Below are positions 14,001 through 29,000 of a DNA stretch of 64,000 bases, in pieces. The notes beneath the pieces are model-generated. The model had not been told where the DNA came from and did not search any database. It saw only the letters and a list, made by a program, of their open reading frames with translations. The stretch is from positions 27,094,001 through 27,158,000 of the forward strand of contig OZ004607.1 of assembly GCA_963924565.1 (NCBI GenBank). Direction: 5' to 3'. The first letter of the stretch is position 1, and each line of letters opens with the position of its first letter. The stretch is from Ascidiella aspersa (lineage: Eukaryota). The translations under genes and the position numbers were made by a program.

Positions 14001-17000
14001 TTGAGTTAATCAACATGTTCAATAAACTTAATTTAACATGTTACAGGCAAATGTTACGGCAAAATAAAAAACATCTCTCCCGTTTTATTTGGATGAATAA
14101 AACTGAATGCAATCAAAACACTGTTTTAGGTAAAACCAGTGTTGTAAACAAGTCATTGAAAAACGGCTTAAATCCAAGTCAAGTCTTTCAAATAAATAAC
14201 AATTCCAGTCTCAGTCTTAGTCATCGGTTACCCAAGTCAAGGAAGTCCCAGTCAAGTCATAATTAGAGCAAATCAACTTCAAGTTCATTCCTGGTTTAAA
14301 AAATTAAAATTTAAAATATTGGCGAACTCGTCCGATTATGAGCAATAACTAAGAAAAAAAAACAATATCAACGCTGCATATGAAAGGTAAGTTGTGCAAA
14401 AAATAAAATAAATATCCATAAATACCCAATAAAAATATTGCCTATAATGCAAAAGACATTTCAATCCAAGTCATTTATCCAAAAGACAAGTCAAGTCATT
14501 TTGCTCTAACGACTAAAGTCAAGTGAAGGGATTTGAAAACAGTGACTTAATTGCACGTAAGTCAAGTCATTCACTTAAGTCATAACAACACTGGGCAAAA
14601 CCAACCTTTGCGTTGGTTCCGTCCCATTCCGAGCGACTAATCGTGTCCGCGTCGATATCGGACCAGTAAAGGTGCCCGGCTGGTCCCTGGCTATGCAAGT
14701 CCAATGCGATCGCTCCGGTCAGGTTACGGATCGGCAGGACCGTGTCGGCGCGTTCAGCACCATCAAAGGATATCCGTCTGTAAAAAAGGATCAAAATCAG
14801 TTTTTGCCTGAAGAGGCAAAACCAACACGAGGGCATACATCAGCAACAGTTATGTTTCTCAGCGGCACCAACCTGATGTCAGTCTTGCACGTGAAGACGA
14901 GGAAGCGCTCGATGTGCTCGGCGCAGTGAGTTGTGTTCACTGTACGGAAGCCGGTGGGACATGCACATGTTATGCCGCCTGGTCTTGGCAGACACAAATG
15001 ACTGCAACTGGCATTGCTGCACCAGTTTGGGCCTGCACATACAAAAGTAAGATAATCAAATCGTGAATTTTGTTTCTCAATGTGTTTTATCAAGAAAACC
15101 AAAACACAGCTTGTATGTCGATAACAAAGCCAAACTGATCGAGTACAAAGCACCTTTAGTGAGACGTTTCGATACGTTCGTGTACTATAATCATCGGTGT
15201 CGATTTACTCGATTTATTTGACATTGCTATTCATATTCAAGCTGCATTAGACATATGTGCAAATCCCACCCCAAAACACGGCGTTTTATAATAATTAAGA
15301 CTGACGAAAAGATGTCAGAGTTATGGTGAATGACATTTATAAATGCCTCTAAATAATTTCATGTTATCGGTGGTTTCCGTAGAACAAAGTGATTTTTACT
15401 GAATATGTGTTCACAAAGAAAAAGTTGTATACTGCTCAATACAACACTATTGAATATAAGTTATTCAATTCATAGAAGGAACCTTTGGGTTGGCGCAGCG
15501 GGTGGTAGGTCTGTATGTCCATTGGAAAGTGGAGGCGATTGCGGATGGTCTGTACCCCGTCGCCGGTGAATTTGTTGGCGCTGTTGACGCTCTTCGTGTG
15601 CCAGTCGGTCCAATAGAGGTTGTCCTCGAAAATTGTCACACCGAACGGGTGAGGCAGACCTAAATGTTTACGAAATAGTAGATTCTAAAATTGCGTTTAT
15701 GAGGCATAGCATAACAAGGCTTAAAAGAACACCAAGTACGATTTTTTATTCTGCAATTAAAAACAGAACATCTTTCACTGAATAGTGGTATTATAAAGTA
15801 ATTTAATGAAAAATTTACAAGAAATAAAAATAAAAATTTACGAGAAATTAAAATAAAAATTTACGAGAATAGAACAAAGTACAACATGTTTACTTTAAAT
15901 TTAAGCGTGATGTTTTCAACATTAAAAAAGTAATTCTACAACTATTGTTGGTGTCGGTGGCCATCATAACGATGTTTATCCATAAGTAATATGCCCACGT
16001 TTGAAATAGACAGATAACAACCCAAAGTCCAAAAGCTACGAATTTGAAGTAACACACCACAATTTCCCGAGTATAACTCTACAAACCTCGGCTGACGACC
16101 GTCCTTCGATCGCTCCCGTCCAGGTTGACCTTCTCAATGACACGGTACCTGGCGTCGGCCCAGTACACGTGGTTGCGTGTGTAGTCGATCGTGAGCCCGT
16201 TCGGCCACTGGAGGTTCCGGGAAACCACCGGGCGCCGCATGCTCCCGTCCATTGCAGCGCTCTCCAAACAAGGGGTTTCACCCCAGTCGGTCCAGAAAAT
16301 CAGGCTGCATTACAATGGTTTAATAGTTATTAAGCGATATTTGCGAAGGGTTTAACTATGTTGAGCAGAACCAAGAAACAGTTATAACGCTGTTTTTTGA
16401 TGCGCTTGTGTATTCGAGCGTTAAATTTCTGCTCCACGCACTGCTTTACAACCGATGGTATTTTGTTCAAACTTTCAAGGGACAAAGGGAGTAATAATTG
16501 AATTTCATTTGAAGTTGCATAGGATGATTTAAATGGCGTCTGTTTACCCATGTGGGCTGTTAACTTACCATATTTCTTAATTTACCCACCTCCATGGACC
16601 ATGGAAATGATATCCTTTTTAAGGATGTACCATAGTATTTTATGTCTAACAGCTCAAACACGCATTTTCAACAGAGTAAAAGTCAGCCTTAACGTATTTT
16701 AAATATTAAGGATATTTAAACGCCCAGCACCTCTCCGCAGGATGCAAAGCCAGCGCTCTTGGTTTTTGCAAGCGCTCCCAGATTAGCACTTTGCGGAAGC
16801 TTCCGTCCAGTCGCGAAACTTCGATCCTGGATGTCCCGGAGTCGGTCCAGTAAAGGAGGTTGTGGATCCAGTCCACCGCAACTCCGGCTGAGGAGGAAAT
16901 ATGCGCGAGTATGAAAGGCAGGAGAACATTATGATCGTTGCAGAGCGATAATTAATATCATTTTTAACAGAAACATTTTGATTAAAAACGATCGTGTTTA

Positions 17001-20000
17001 TACCAGTGTTGTAAACAAGTCATTTCAAAATGACTTAAGTCAAAGTTAAGTCATTAAAAAATAAATTACGTCAAAGTCAAGTATTTTGCAAAAATAACAA
17101 GTCAAGTCCTAGTCCAAGTCATTTTTAAGTCATGTCAATGGCATAAAAGTAAATTGTTAAACTATTAAAATTAGTAAATTCGTCCGATTGTAAGCAACAA
17201 TTTAACTAGACAAAATAACACAAAACACATAATTTAATACCAAGTTATTTGACAAAAATACTTAAATCCAAGTCAAGTTATTTGTCCAAAAGACTTAAGT
17301 CAAGTCAAGTCATTTTGGTTAAAGGACTTAAGTCAAGTCAAGTCATTTAAAAACAGTGACTTTTAAGTGCACTTAAGTCATTACAACACTGGTTTATACA
17401 AGCTTGGCCGAAATTCAAACAAACAAATTGAAGATGTTAGACGTGTAAATGTTCTGTAGCGTGTAGCCTGCCACTGCTAATAGGAAGTCGGCAAGTTCTT
17501 GTGCATTAGGCATAGGCATTAGTTTTCCACCATGAAACGTGCCTAATCCACCTCCTTAAAGTACCAAGTCCCTACACTAACGACTTCCAAGTATAGTTAT
17601 ACACGTTCGACAGAGCTACTAAATGCACGGGCGATAATTATCGGTCAAAGGTCTGGCTTGGTACTCTAGGAAGCCAGCGCGCGGCCATGATCAGCAAACA
17701 AAAGAAAACGAAATCGGCAAATAGCGATCACAGCAAAGGCGCCGTTCACTGTCAAGTCCTGCTCGGAAAATGTAGCAATTTCCGGATTACCGCTTGGCCG
17801 CCATCATGAGTGCTGTTGTGGAATTTAGAAACTATGCCGTAGTACAAACAGGGCGTTAACAGGGCTTGCAAAAAATGAACAACAGGCTTATTTAATATAG
17901 TTTCGGATAATTCGAAATAGGCTTTGGGGCTATGGGTTTCGCTAAACGTCACAAGGCCATTACCTTTAACCCTTTATTTCAAGAATTTGTTTCTATAAGT
18001 TAAAAAAAAGTTTTGCCTCTTTACACTGGTTTTGGAACTCGAAAAAAGCAAAAAATTGTTTTTATGTTAAATGTGTTTGTCGCGAGTTCGCGACATTATA
18101 AATTCGAGTCTATAAATAGGGGAAAGTTAGGCAAAATGAGTTTGTTGGCAAAATTATGTCCCTCTTGCTAACGAAGAAAATATTAAAGAGCGGTCGATGT
18201 CTCGAGAAGTCGTTTTAAGTAGACCGGCCGTAATTAGCCCTTTGACATATATGCTAGACAGCTAGACTATTTCGATTGCGGATCAAATTGTAAGCTGAAG
18301 ATATAATAGGCAGCACTTTCGCGGTGTGTGCCTAACCTGTCAGCCACCACTAGATACGATTTCTTTTTTTAAGCACGTGCTTACTTCCTGTGGCACGAAT
18401 AGGTTTCTAAGTCGGAATATGGCAGTTTCAAGGATGTAACAAGACGTACCTACTGCTCAGGAAAATTCGTATTGAAAGTTGAACTTTAACTAGTTATTAA
18501 GTGGCAATCCCTAATAATCTAACGTTTTAAACAATTTTAAAAATATTTCAAAATTATCGTAGACTAGCTGAAAAATGACCTTAAAACTAAGTAGACCACC
18601 TTTTGTAACGACTAAAATCAAACTAATCGCGTCGTTTAAACCAACAGCAGATTACCAATTGTCAAATATTCCTCTTAATGGCAAGTTATTATTACATAAG
18701 GTTTACGTTAGAAATGGGTGCGGGGGAAATAGGGTGGCCAGTGTATCACAAGACTAAATATTTTTTATGTATATCAACTATAAATGTGACACGAAAAACA
18801 TGGATATCGAATTTTGGCAACAAAACTATATATATATTTGGCAGTATATGAAATATTTAACAATACACTCTTAAAAAAATCGTGTGTGCGTCAATAGTAA
18901 AAAAATTTCGTTCGAAGAGTCAGCTCGCATCATTATGCGCGTTAAGCAAATCGACGGCACCTCCATCGTGATAAAAATCTGGGATAAAAATCGCAACAGT
19001 ACTCTGGCTATGTAGTTCAAGTATCGACACAATGGCATTGTTGTCGCGGCGAAATGAGTGTCGAAATTCGGCAGAACACGGCTTCGCAATTATTGATCCC
19101 GACCTGTAGGCGACGAATAAATATAAGCGAGGTCGTAGCTTGCTTCGTTCAACCTTGAACGAATCTTCGCAGCGATAAGAATATTCGAAGGCGATTATTT
19201 ATGAAATCTCCGCCTTGCATCATGTTGGCCTTGGCGTAATGTTACTGGAAGCGCGGCAAGACTTTGGCTTTTGGTTTCCTTTAAAATGCAGCAGGCGTTC
19301 GAAATGTAGACAGTAAAAAGTTTTACCTTTACAGGCAAAAGTGCAACGGAATAAATTAGGACGCAATTTTGGTGACTATTACATAAAAATCGTTCGCAAC
19401 CACCTTGCTTTTGTGATGTTTTTATAAATTTATAAATTTACAAATGGTTCTATCGATAGTTAAAATTGTGAGACTTAAAACTTAACTGCAGGAAAGTGCT
19501 TCAAATTATTAGTGGGTTAAAATAGAGATTCCATCTGTTTCCAGAGGAAGCATTTCACACAATTTCTAACTCTTAACCGGTGAAACCACTTTTCCTTGTC
19601 TCGGTCCAGTGATCGCACGACGTTGACTTAAGTCCCCGGTAATGCACATGTCACAGGTCGGGATACAATGTGCGCTCTCAGGCATCAGAAGGCACATTAA
19701 ACGGTTAGTTAGTCGTGTTTGAGTTTGATGCGGTAAATCAACACAGTTGACGTGCCTAATCCGTGCTTTATTTTTACAGCAACGGCTTCGCTTTTTAATT
19801 TTTATTCCCCAGGAAAAACGAAGGGTCAACATTATCTTGAGCTATCGGTTCAGTGGGTCGTTCATCACGGCCAGCGAGGCGCAAACTGGCCTTTTCTTTC
19901 AAGTATCGTGACCTCCGAACACTTCGACTGCGCCGCTGGGATTAGTTGAAGTGGTCGAAGAGACGACAAAAACGCCGTTGTTGATTTGTGTGCACAGAAT

Positions 20001-23000
20001 TATGCTAACCTTTGGTGTTATATATCGCACTCCTAATGCGGTCAGTGTTTGGGAAATATGCTGGCCGCAGAGGTCAACTTAATCCAGATAAGTGTTTTAA
20101 GCATTGTCGTTTTCAAACTACCGAGACCTTGAATTAGATTTCATATTTAAAAGTAGCAGCCACACAAATATCTTCACCGATTTTAAGAGTCGAGATTTAA
20201 ATATAGGGTTTTCTCAATATTCCCGTGATAGCTGTATTTAAAGTATTTGGTTATTTCTATGATGGGACATCCGTAAATGCTGCAACATTCGTTTATCAAA
20301 ATAGCCATCTACTTTTGTTTATAGCGACACAATGACCACCAATGGAGGCGAACTATTCAATCATCACTAACCAATGACAGCCCGTGACAATTTTCACAAC
20401 AAAATCAATTTTCCGAAAATCCTGCTTTCATTTGGTTCAGTTTCATAACAAAGGCCAAGCGGTAACCAGATCTTCAGTGAAGCATTGCAACTACTTCGCC
20501 GGCAGTTGGGCGAAACTCCCTCACGAAAGGTACCTTATTCTTTTTACTGTCATAACAAAGCGACGTTGCACCAACGTCGCGGAAATGCGGTAGACATGGA
20601 GGGAACGTAATACCAAAGGCGGCTAATGATGCAACGCAACGAGGAAGCGATTGTGGTGAAATTGAATCGTAAAAATCGAAGGGGTCGCTGATTGTGGAAT
20701 TGTGTTTTTATTTATATGACCCAACAGGTCAACGCCTTTGTAAAAATTGGCAAAACATTCGCGGCTGGCACTCGTCATCATACAATTATAGGTCAATCTC
20801 AGAACGGATGAACGAAGCTGGTTAAGCACGTTAAATGACGCACTAATAACTTTGTATTAATGCTTCCTTTGCTCAAAGAACGACACGATCTAGTAGTGTG
20901 TCGACATGTACTGTATATATCTCATGTTGAACTCCAAAAAGTTCTCAAAATCCCGGATGTAACTGGTCAGAGTCCAATTTCAATATGCTTTTATACATTT
21001 TCAGCTGCGACAATAAGTGCAGTCCATAATGTGCCAGTAAACATCTACGATACTAAGAAATCTTTCTACAACTCACCTGGACTCTCGAGACCTGAGGAAA
21101 CGACGATCTGCTGCCCACTACCGTTCATGTATGATCTCATCACGCGATCCAAAGCCACGTCCGTCCAAAACATAAGGCCAAGCTCAATGTGGTAATCTGA
21201 AAACGAAGTCGATATGTTATAGGTAAATACCACATTAGGATAATATGAACTACCCTTCACCAAAAAAAACTATTCTACTTATTGGCTATATACGAGTATG
21301 ACAGCATTTAAAGCTGTCAATGTAATCATCCGAAATACGTTGCAAACCGTATGGATTCGTGAATTTGTTGCACCGATTATAATTTGTGTTGTAGTAACAT
21401 ATAATTATTTTGATATACTTTCATTCCTATTTTGTTATTAAAATCGTTACAGGCAAATATAGAAATGTCGAAAGAATCCACAGCACTTCAAGTTTAACTT
21501 GAGGAAAGTTCATATATCCCGCTCACGTAGACAAACACGTTCTTCGGGTCCTTCATGGCCCGGAAGCACAACACAGCGCCAAACAAGGACTCGCGAAACA
21601 CATTTCCAGTAAACCTAAAGTCGTTGCTTGGAGAAAGTATCGAGTGGCGGCCACAAACTTTCCGAAAACTACAACTTGGCCCACCAACGCAGCACGTCGA
21701 GAGGTTGTTTACGTTCCGGCGTTAGTTCTGGATGCTAGCACCGGCCTTTCGACAAACGGGTCGAAAATTACCTGATAGCGTTGTTGTCCAGGGGGGGCCA
21801 GGTAGCTTTGCAGCGTGCGGGCCATTAGGGACGGGGATTTAAAATGCGATATGCCATTAACGTGACGATGTTGGCACCGGATTGCGTTTCTGAGCAAACA
21901 ACACTCGGCCGAACAGGAATGTAGTGAAAGCTCGATATTCTAGTAAGAGCTAAAGGCCAAATTGGTATTATATAGGTCAGTTGCGGGTATGTGGTTTCGA
22001 ACGTTTCGACTAAGCAAACCAGTCATCTGCTGTTTGGCCTTCGACTTAGCCAGTCGCTATCAACGGACCCTTAAGTAATCGCGACGGTTTGTAGACTTTG
22101 GGATTACCAAAAGACTCGTTCACTAAGTTGGTGTCGATAGTGCGCGGTCCGAGATTATAGACTATAGCGAGCAAAGCTATACACTAAACTGTCACAGATC
22201 GTATGGCAAGCTGCGTAATGAATATGGAAACTTTCCTTAAAGACAACCATTGAGTATCATAACGGCGGATTTTCTATTATCGTCTGTTCAAGTAAGCGTT
22301 ACAAAAAAAATCGCATAGGTCAAATGAAAGTCAAAGACATTTTCAAAGCTAAATTTTTCTCTTTTTTATGTGTAATCTTTGATTACAGTTACACAGGTAA
22401 GAAGAAGTCGATTTATTTTTTCTTTGATCACGCAGGGTCCGGGTTTTGTATCCCTACATTAAAGTCCTTCTAACAACTTCGGGAGCGTGCCCTAATCCCC
22501 TCGTCCGCCGCTAAGCGCACGTTCGACCGTTCATGACGAGGAGTTATAATTCTCCCATCGCGTTGATGGGCACGGGCCGTGAGGCGTGATGGCGTAATGG
22601 GGCGGACGATTTACGAGTTGACAATTATTTATCGTTCATAAGTCTGTCGAAAGTCCTGTAAGTGTAGCAATCCGTTACTTTCGCTGCGATAGCGAAGAAC
22701 AATTAAAAGCTCTGTTGTTGAAACCACAGAATACCACCGCAATACGCTCTGGAAAGGAAGGCAGCGGCTCAAAGAGGAACCAAATTATCCCGATCGCTCT
22801 GCAAACTTGCATTTCCCACATAGATGCGGGGGTACGATCAGATAACCTGGACTGACCTCATTTTCGGGCGCTGATTTTCGGATTGAATCACCCGAGGCGA
22901 GCGCAAGTTTGCAACACACAATTATCGCGGGGGGTCTGAGCTCAATCACTGTTTGGCCAACAGGCGCCGGATAGTGTGCGCTTCTTGGCGCCCTTAAAGT

Positions 23001-26000
23001 GCAAACTTGACCCCTGTTAAAGCAACTGCGCGGATCTCTAGCCCGGCTAATAGGGCTACTCGAATAAGCTCTTTGAGGCGAGAAAGACGAGGCGATGACA
23101 AAGAGTTGAGGCATGTTGCCTAAACTCACAAGATCGACCGCCAATGACGTAATGGCAAGGTTGCAAGAGAATTGCAACAGGCTGCAGAAAACTACTTTTT
23201 GGTGGAAAATATGAAAATCGCGATGTGTTCCTTGGTGGTGACCATCGATCAATTTAACATTAGTATGTCTGACTACAGGCAGCGACGAAACATTTGTTTA
23301 GAAAGAAAATATATTGAAACCTATCGTTCAGGCAAACAAAGAGAAATACAAAACCTAATCATTAAGAATGAAATGAGAAGTGAATTTGTGCACTGACTAT
23401 ACAAATCTCCTCTTAAAAAATTTAAATATTGCAAATGAAAAATAGGATTGAGAACGCCAAGGTTGTCAAGAAATTGGGCCAAGGGTCATGGGTCACGGGG
23501 TAAGTTTTCCTTTGTTGGCGTCACGGTCAACAGTCAGACGACGTCCAGGTCAAAAAGCTAAAAAGAAGATAAGGCTACCGGGCGGTCATTAGGGTTTAAG
23601 GTTACGACGGGTTAGCGAGTTTGCAATGCAAAACAAAACGGGCTTCTCTTTCGGGCGCACTTAACTGCAACATTCCTGCGGGGAAACGGCAACACTGCGC
23701 AGGTGCAATCATAAACAAGGACGAGAAAGGCCCGGCGTCGTCCTTTGTTTCTGGTCTGATTCAATTACGGAAATGCGGCGTATCCCACTGCCTGCGTGCT
23801 CGCCGCCCTTTGCTTTATTTTCAGCAAGATGGCTAACGCAGCACGAGTGGTTTCGTTTGTGATCTTAAGTCGCGTTGCGGTATCTCCACCGAACGTCAGC
23901 AGACAGCCGTAATAAAAGTCAACAGGATTATCATTCGCAATTTCTAACGACCGCGAACCGGGATAAACATCGTTAGACCCAGGAACGCCGGCCACTTTGG
24001 CCTCGGGTTCGCCTTTTAGCGCGGCAATTACCGCATTTGAGGGGAGGAAATTAAACCCCGGCAGACTTCGACGAAGCGCACTTGGCGAAACCCGCTGCTT
24101 AGGTTTGCTTCCCAGCCTGATGTTTATGTGCGAAACAGCAGAGGCCGGGACCCGAGAGCAATTAGCCGACTGCAATGGAACGCGAGATGCAAATGGGTCT
24201 TTGCACGTCCCCAATTCACTGAAACACACTCACACAAACGTTGCTTGTATATAAAATAAACACCCTAGCTGGAACGCAGATGTAAAAAAACGTAAAGCTG
24301 TCAAAAATCAACAGCGCATTTGTGTAGTAATCTTAACTTTTGCGCATAGCATTAGAGTTAGTGGTTTAAAGCAGTGGTTTCCAACCTGTGGGTCGCGACC
24401 CCGAGTGGGGTCGTCTAAATTTTTTGGGGGGTCGCCATAACTCAGCATATTTCTGCTGGTTTAGTATGATTTATGTATTTCGTTTTCTTAACAATAACGT
24501 CACACTAAACAACGTGAGTGGGTGCGTAGGTGAGACAAGGTTTCGTTTCTCCTACATAAAATTTGTGTTTTTAGCTCTTCAGAGCTGCCATATTGATGAG
24601 ATGCAATCAACGTACCCAACTCTGGCTAATTATGTTATTGAAATTATCATTTCGTTTAAAAAAGCAGGAAATGCAGTTATGCTTATGCAAAGACTGCGTT
24701 AGGAAAAACTAGTCTATTCTGTGCAGGCGCAATCATCGCACTAAAAGCAATTTAATGTCCAGCCTAAATTGATTTTAATGTCCAGCATAAATTGAAATAT
24801 TTTTGATTCATATCTGACACAAAATGGGGTCGCAATGTAAATTCTAATTTCATTTAAATTGGGGTCGCTTGAAGACCACTGGTTTCAAAGTTAGCAAGTT
24901 TTTGTAGAGTTGAAGAATCACAATACACAAAATCTAAAGTTTAAATATTTAAACATTTTTGATCGCTGGGATTGGTCGAAAGTAAGCTAAAACTCAACTC
25001 CCCGTAAGAATCTATATTTGACAATTTAGAATTTTTGGTGTCAAGCAGGCCTTTAACTATCATGCAATATAGCGACCAGGTAAATACATCGCGAGAGACC
25101 CTACCTAATCCGATGGCGTTCTCCAGGTCCCGTAGGATGGGAGTGTTCTCGGATCGATCCGGCATCATTTTTCTGATCTCGATGCGGTTGGTGAAGAGGA
25201 GGGCCGGTTCGGGTCCGGACGCTTTGCAAGTCCTCCCGTTGGGCCGAAGCGTGTAGCCGTCCAGGCAGGAGCAGGTGAAGCTGCCAATCGTGTTGTTGCA
25301 GATCTGGCTGCACGAACCTTCGATCCTACATTCGTCCACGTCTGGAGGGACGACACAATTAGGTTTGAAAACGCCAATTTTCGAAATGCGAGTTGTGCTA
25401 CAAAAGGAATTTATGAGAGCAAAACGGTCGTTACGGGCAAATATAATGTCGTTTTATTAGGTGCAACAACGCAGCATACAGCTTTCTGAAACACAAGTGG
25501 TTGCAACTAAACAACTACTAATTTTATATCAAGAACCTCATTTTGCGCATTATGACTTAACGCAAACTATCACTACACTAATTTGTTTTACAGTGTGTAC
25601 AAATTGCCGTTAATTGACTATCGGGCTATAATTCAGAACGAAATATCTTAGTAAGTGACTTTTACCTAAACCTATTGTACGATGTTTGGTGCTAAATTCC
25701 GCATAACGAAAACCGGCCTACAGATACCAGGACCGATATATGTCAGAACCAAAGGTTTTAGAAAACGACTTTTACCTAAACAAGTTTGCAGATCGGGTGC
25801 AATTTGGAATCCTCTTCCACATGTGCAAAGGGCGCCTCTTCTGGACTGCTTGCAGGTTTGCTCGCAACCTCCGTTGTTATCCGCACACGACGTGTAGTTG
25901 GAGCCCAGAATCATCGAACCGTCTGCGAAGACAGAATAAAACGCTAAAGATTCCGATATCTTACCAAGATAACATTCGTCAAACAGTTCAATAAGTATAT

Positions 26001-29000
26001 ACAGCCACAATCCGTTGGCACGTAATCATCTTACTATCCCCATATACATACATTTCCTTTTTATGTTTTGAATGTACCTTGGACAACTTGGGACCTATAC
26101 CAGATTACTAAAACAATGATATAGCACAATATTTTATGTTGACTAAAAATGTATTACACCGTGTAGCAAAATCATTAAAGAAAAATTATTCGCGTTTATC
26201 CCAGTATATTGCACATAAAATCACTGTGTAACAAGACACTTAAGCCGGTGAAAACAGATATAGATTTAACTACAACATTGGTATTGTTATGTAAATTTGA
26301 CTTACTACAACTATGTATTGGTCGCTCGTCCGATCCGTCGGAGCAGTCAGGCTTCTTGTTGCAAACTTTACCGATTGCAATACAATCTCCGCTCAAGCAA
26401 CGATATTGGCCACTCGCACAAGTTCCTGTTGACAACAAACGGGATTGGCCTTAATAATTACAGAGTCTATAGTGTAACCAACAGTAATCGCAAATTTTAT
26501 GTATGTTTTAATGCTCCACTGCATTGTATTTTTTGCCTAAAGTGCCAACCTGATGCTGTACTGTCCCGCGTGTTAATAGACTTTTACAAAAAATAAAAAA
26601 AAGATAAGGATGGCGTTGAGAACTATTCATACAGCAAACGGCGGATTCTTATTACCGGTTTCTTAATATGACTGCACAGTGCACACATTGCATCAAAAAG
26701 AAAATCGTTTTGGATGCAGCGCTATGGTACGAATCTTGACAAAAGTGTTCTTCACGAACAAATACGAAAAAAATAAAAAGAATCACATATATTCATCATT
26801 GGCGTTTATATTTAATAAGGCATTAATTAAAGTCAAGTTTAGCTGAACACCGAGCAAGACTTTAAGCGGCAAGAGGCCCACGTACCGCAGTTTTTTTCGT
26901 CGCTTTTATCTTCGCAATCGTCGACGCCGTCACATTGGTAAACGGCCCGGATACACACGTTGCTTGGCAAGCACTGGAACTGCCCAACGTCGCAAAGCAT
27001 TCCATGGGGTCTACCTATTGCAAAAACAAATTTTTGTATGTATAATTTATACCCTTTTTAGTCTCGAAGAAGTTGTAGGTATCACCCTATAGCCCCCGGT
27101 GTATTTTCTTAACTACTTTTTTAAAATTGCAATTTTAAGGATTAGCAAAAGTAGACAATTTCCTTGTTTTAAAGAAAACAAATTTAGTATTTGTATTATA
27201 AGAGAAAGAATTTTCATTCTTAGATTTTGACAAAAAAAACTTTATAATCTTGTCATTTTAAAAAGGGAATGTTTCAAACTCTTTTAGTCTCGGACCCAAA
27301 ATTTTTTCAAGCTTACAGACCTCCTAACTTTTTTTCCAATTTTAGCCCACAATTTTGGAAAAATTTAGACTTCCATTTTAAATCATTACAAACTTATAAG
27401 AAAATATTATTGTCAAATTACATAAAAAATGATTCAACATGAATTGGTACATTTAAGAGTTTGTTACCGAAAAGAATTTGTTACCTGCAAGAGTTTGTTA
27501 CCTGCAACCCTTTTATCAAATTTTTGGGTCCGTGGAACCCTTGTTGGGAACCACTAGTTTATTGGTTTGGCCTTCCAAACTGACGCATGTTAATAAACAG
27601 AATAAGCGCAAGTTTAAATAATCATTTCAAACAAAAATATCAAGCTTCCATATTAACCGTATGTTTTGCTACTTTATGCTAGTTTACAGGTTTGCATTTA
27701 TGGGAGCCGGCCGTTAAAAACTGGCCTCAGTAAAGGTGAAACACAGTCGACATTGACGCACGCGGTTTGGCGGCATGGAATTTCGCAATTACGCGCCTTG
27801 GCCTCTTCACGATACGCTTCGCTTGTTTTTGCGCTCTTGTCGCGTCCGAGGGCCTCCATTAAAAACCGCGGGAGTCAAATTGTGTAAGACCGTGTTTCAA
27901 GCAGTGATCGACGCGCGGTCGGCCGTTTATCGGCATTCCGCCCAAATCCTGCGCCCGCGGTCGGGCGGAAGTCGATGGGCGTTTGTTGGCCTGTGAAAAT
28001 GTTGTTGTAATCCGACGCCGCGGCACCACACAGCCTCTCATTCTCTTCCCCTCCCGGTCACAAGACGGAACAGCGACTCCGCTAATCAGCCGTGAGTTTC
28101 AGTTAAAGAGAAAGTTGGAAGGAAGGCCTTCGAAGGGTAAATACAAGGACTAAACACTTTTGAAGGTTCGTTTGTTTAAGGCTCCGTTGGTTCCCATACT
28201 ATAGGTAATCTCCTGCACTTCTTCGTACAGTACCCCCTGCGGTTCTCAGTTGCCCCTGCGGTGAGTACAGGAGATATGCACAACATAGCGGAACCGGCGC
28301 TGATCATGACGAATTGTTTAGACAGATAAGCATTAACGTCGAGTGTGTTGTTGATGTTGTTGTTGCCGATTTCATCGTTCAAGGGAAGATTTTGTCGGGG
28401 AGCAAGTCTGTTGCGCAATGCCGCGTGTCGGTTTATTCTCATAACTGCGCCATTGGTATCTTTGGCAGCCAATGACTAAGTATTTTGCCTAATAAAGGAG
28501 TCAAGTCTCTACGACGACCCTTCCTCTGAAGCGTTTACGTTTTAAAAATTCAGCATTTTTTATCTACTTCTACACCCTAGTACGAGTTAATGTACTGTAT
28601 TTACCTGTGCATTCCTCCTCGTCTGAACCGTCGTTGCAGTCGCTATCACCGTCGCACCTCCACAGTCGACTGATGCACATCCCACTTCTACATGTGAACT
28701 CGCCCTCGATGCACATTTCAACGTCGGCTGCAAAACGAAAATCACTTATTTCCCAAAACAAGTCGGCCATTTGTTAACTATAATTAACAATCTAGAGTTA
28801 AGTCAGGCGCTGGTGTTAATTGTTTTAGAAGACCCCAATGTTTCGTCAGTCGATGGAAATGAGGCTACCAGATCAAAATAAAATTTTGTTTAACAACCGG
28901 CGATTTTTACTCTTATTTATATCGATGACCAGTTGTAAAAACGTGGGATCCATTTTTTCAATTACTTTTTGTTTTCTTGCTCTCTATAGAAAATAAAACA

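Noticed and set aside
14137-17391. CRISPR-like array from recurring AAGTCAAGTC units
   Set aside because: Irregular subterminal repeats inside TIR/TSD-bounded MITEs in a eukaryotic intron; no constant repeat-spacer period.
27011-27016. Tandem TAG-GTAG acceptor as a functional isoform switch
   Set aside because: The 4-nt shift breaks the frame; likely noise.
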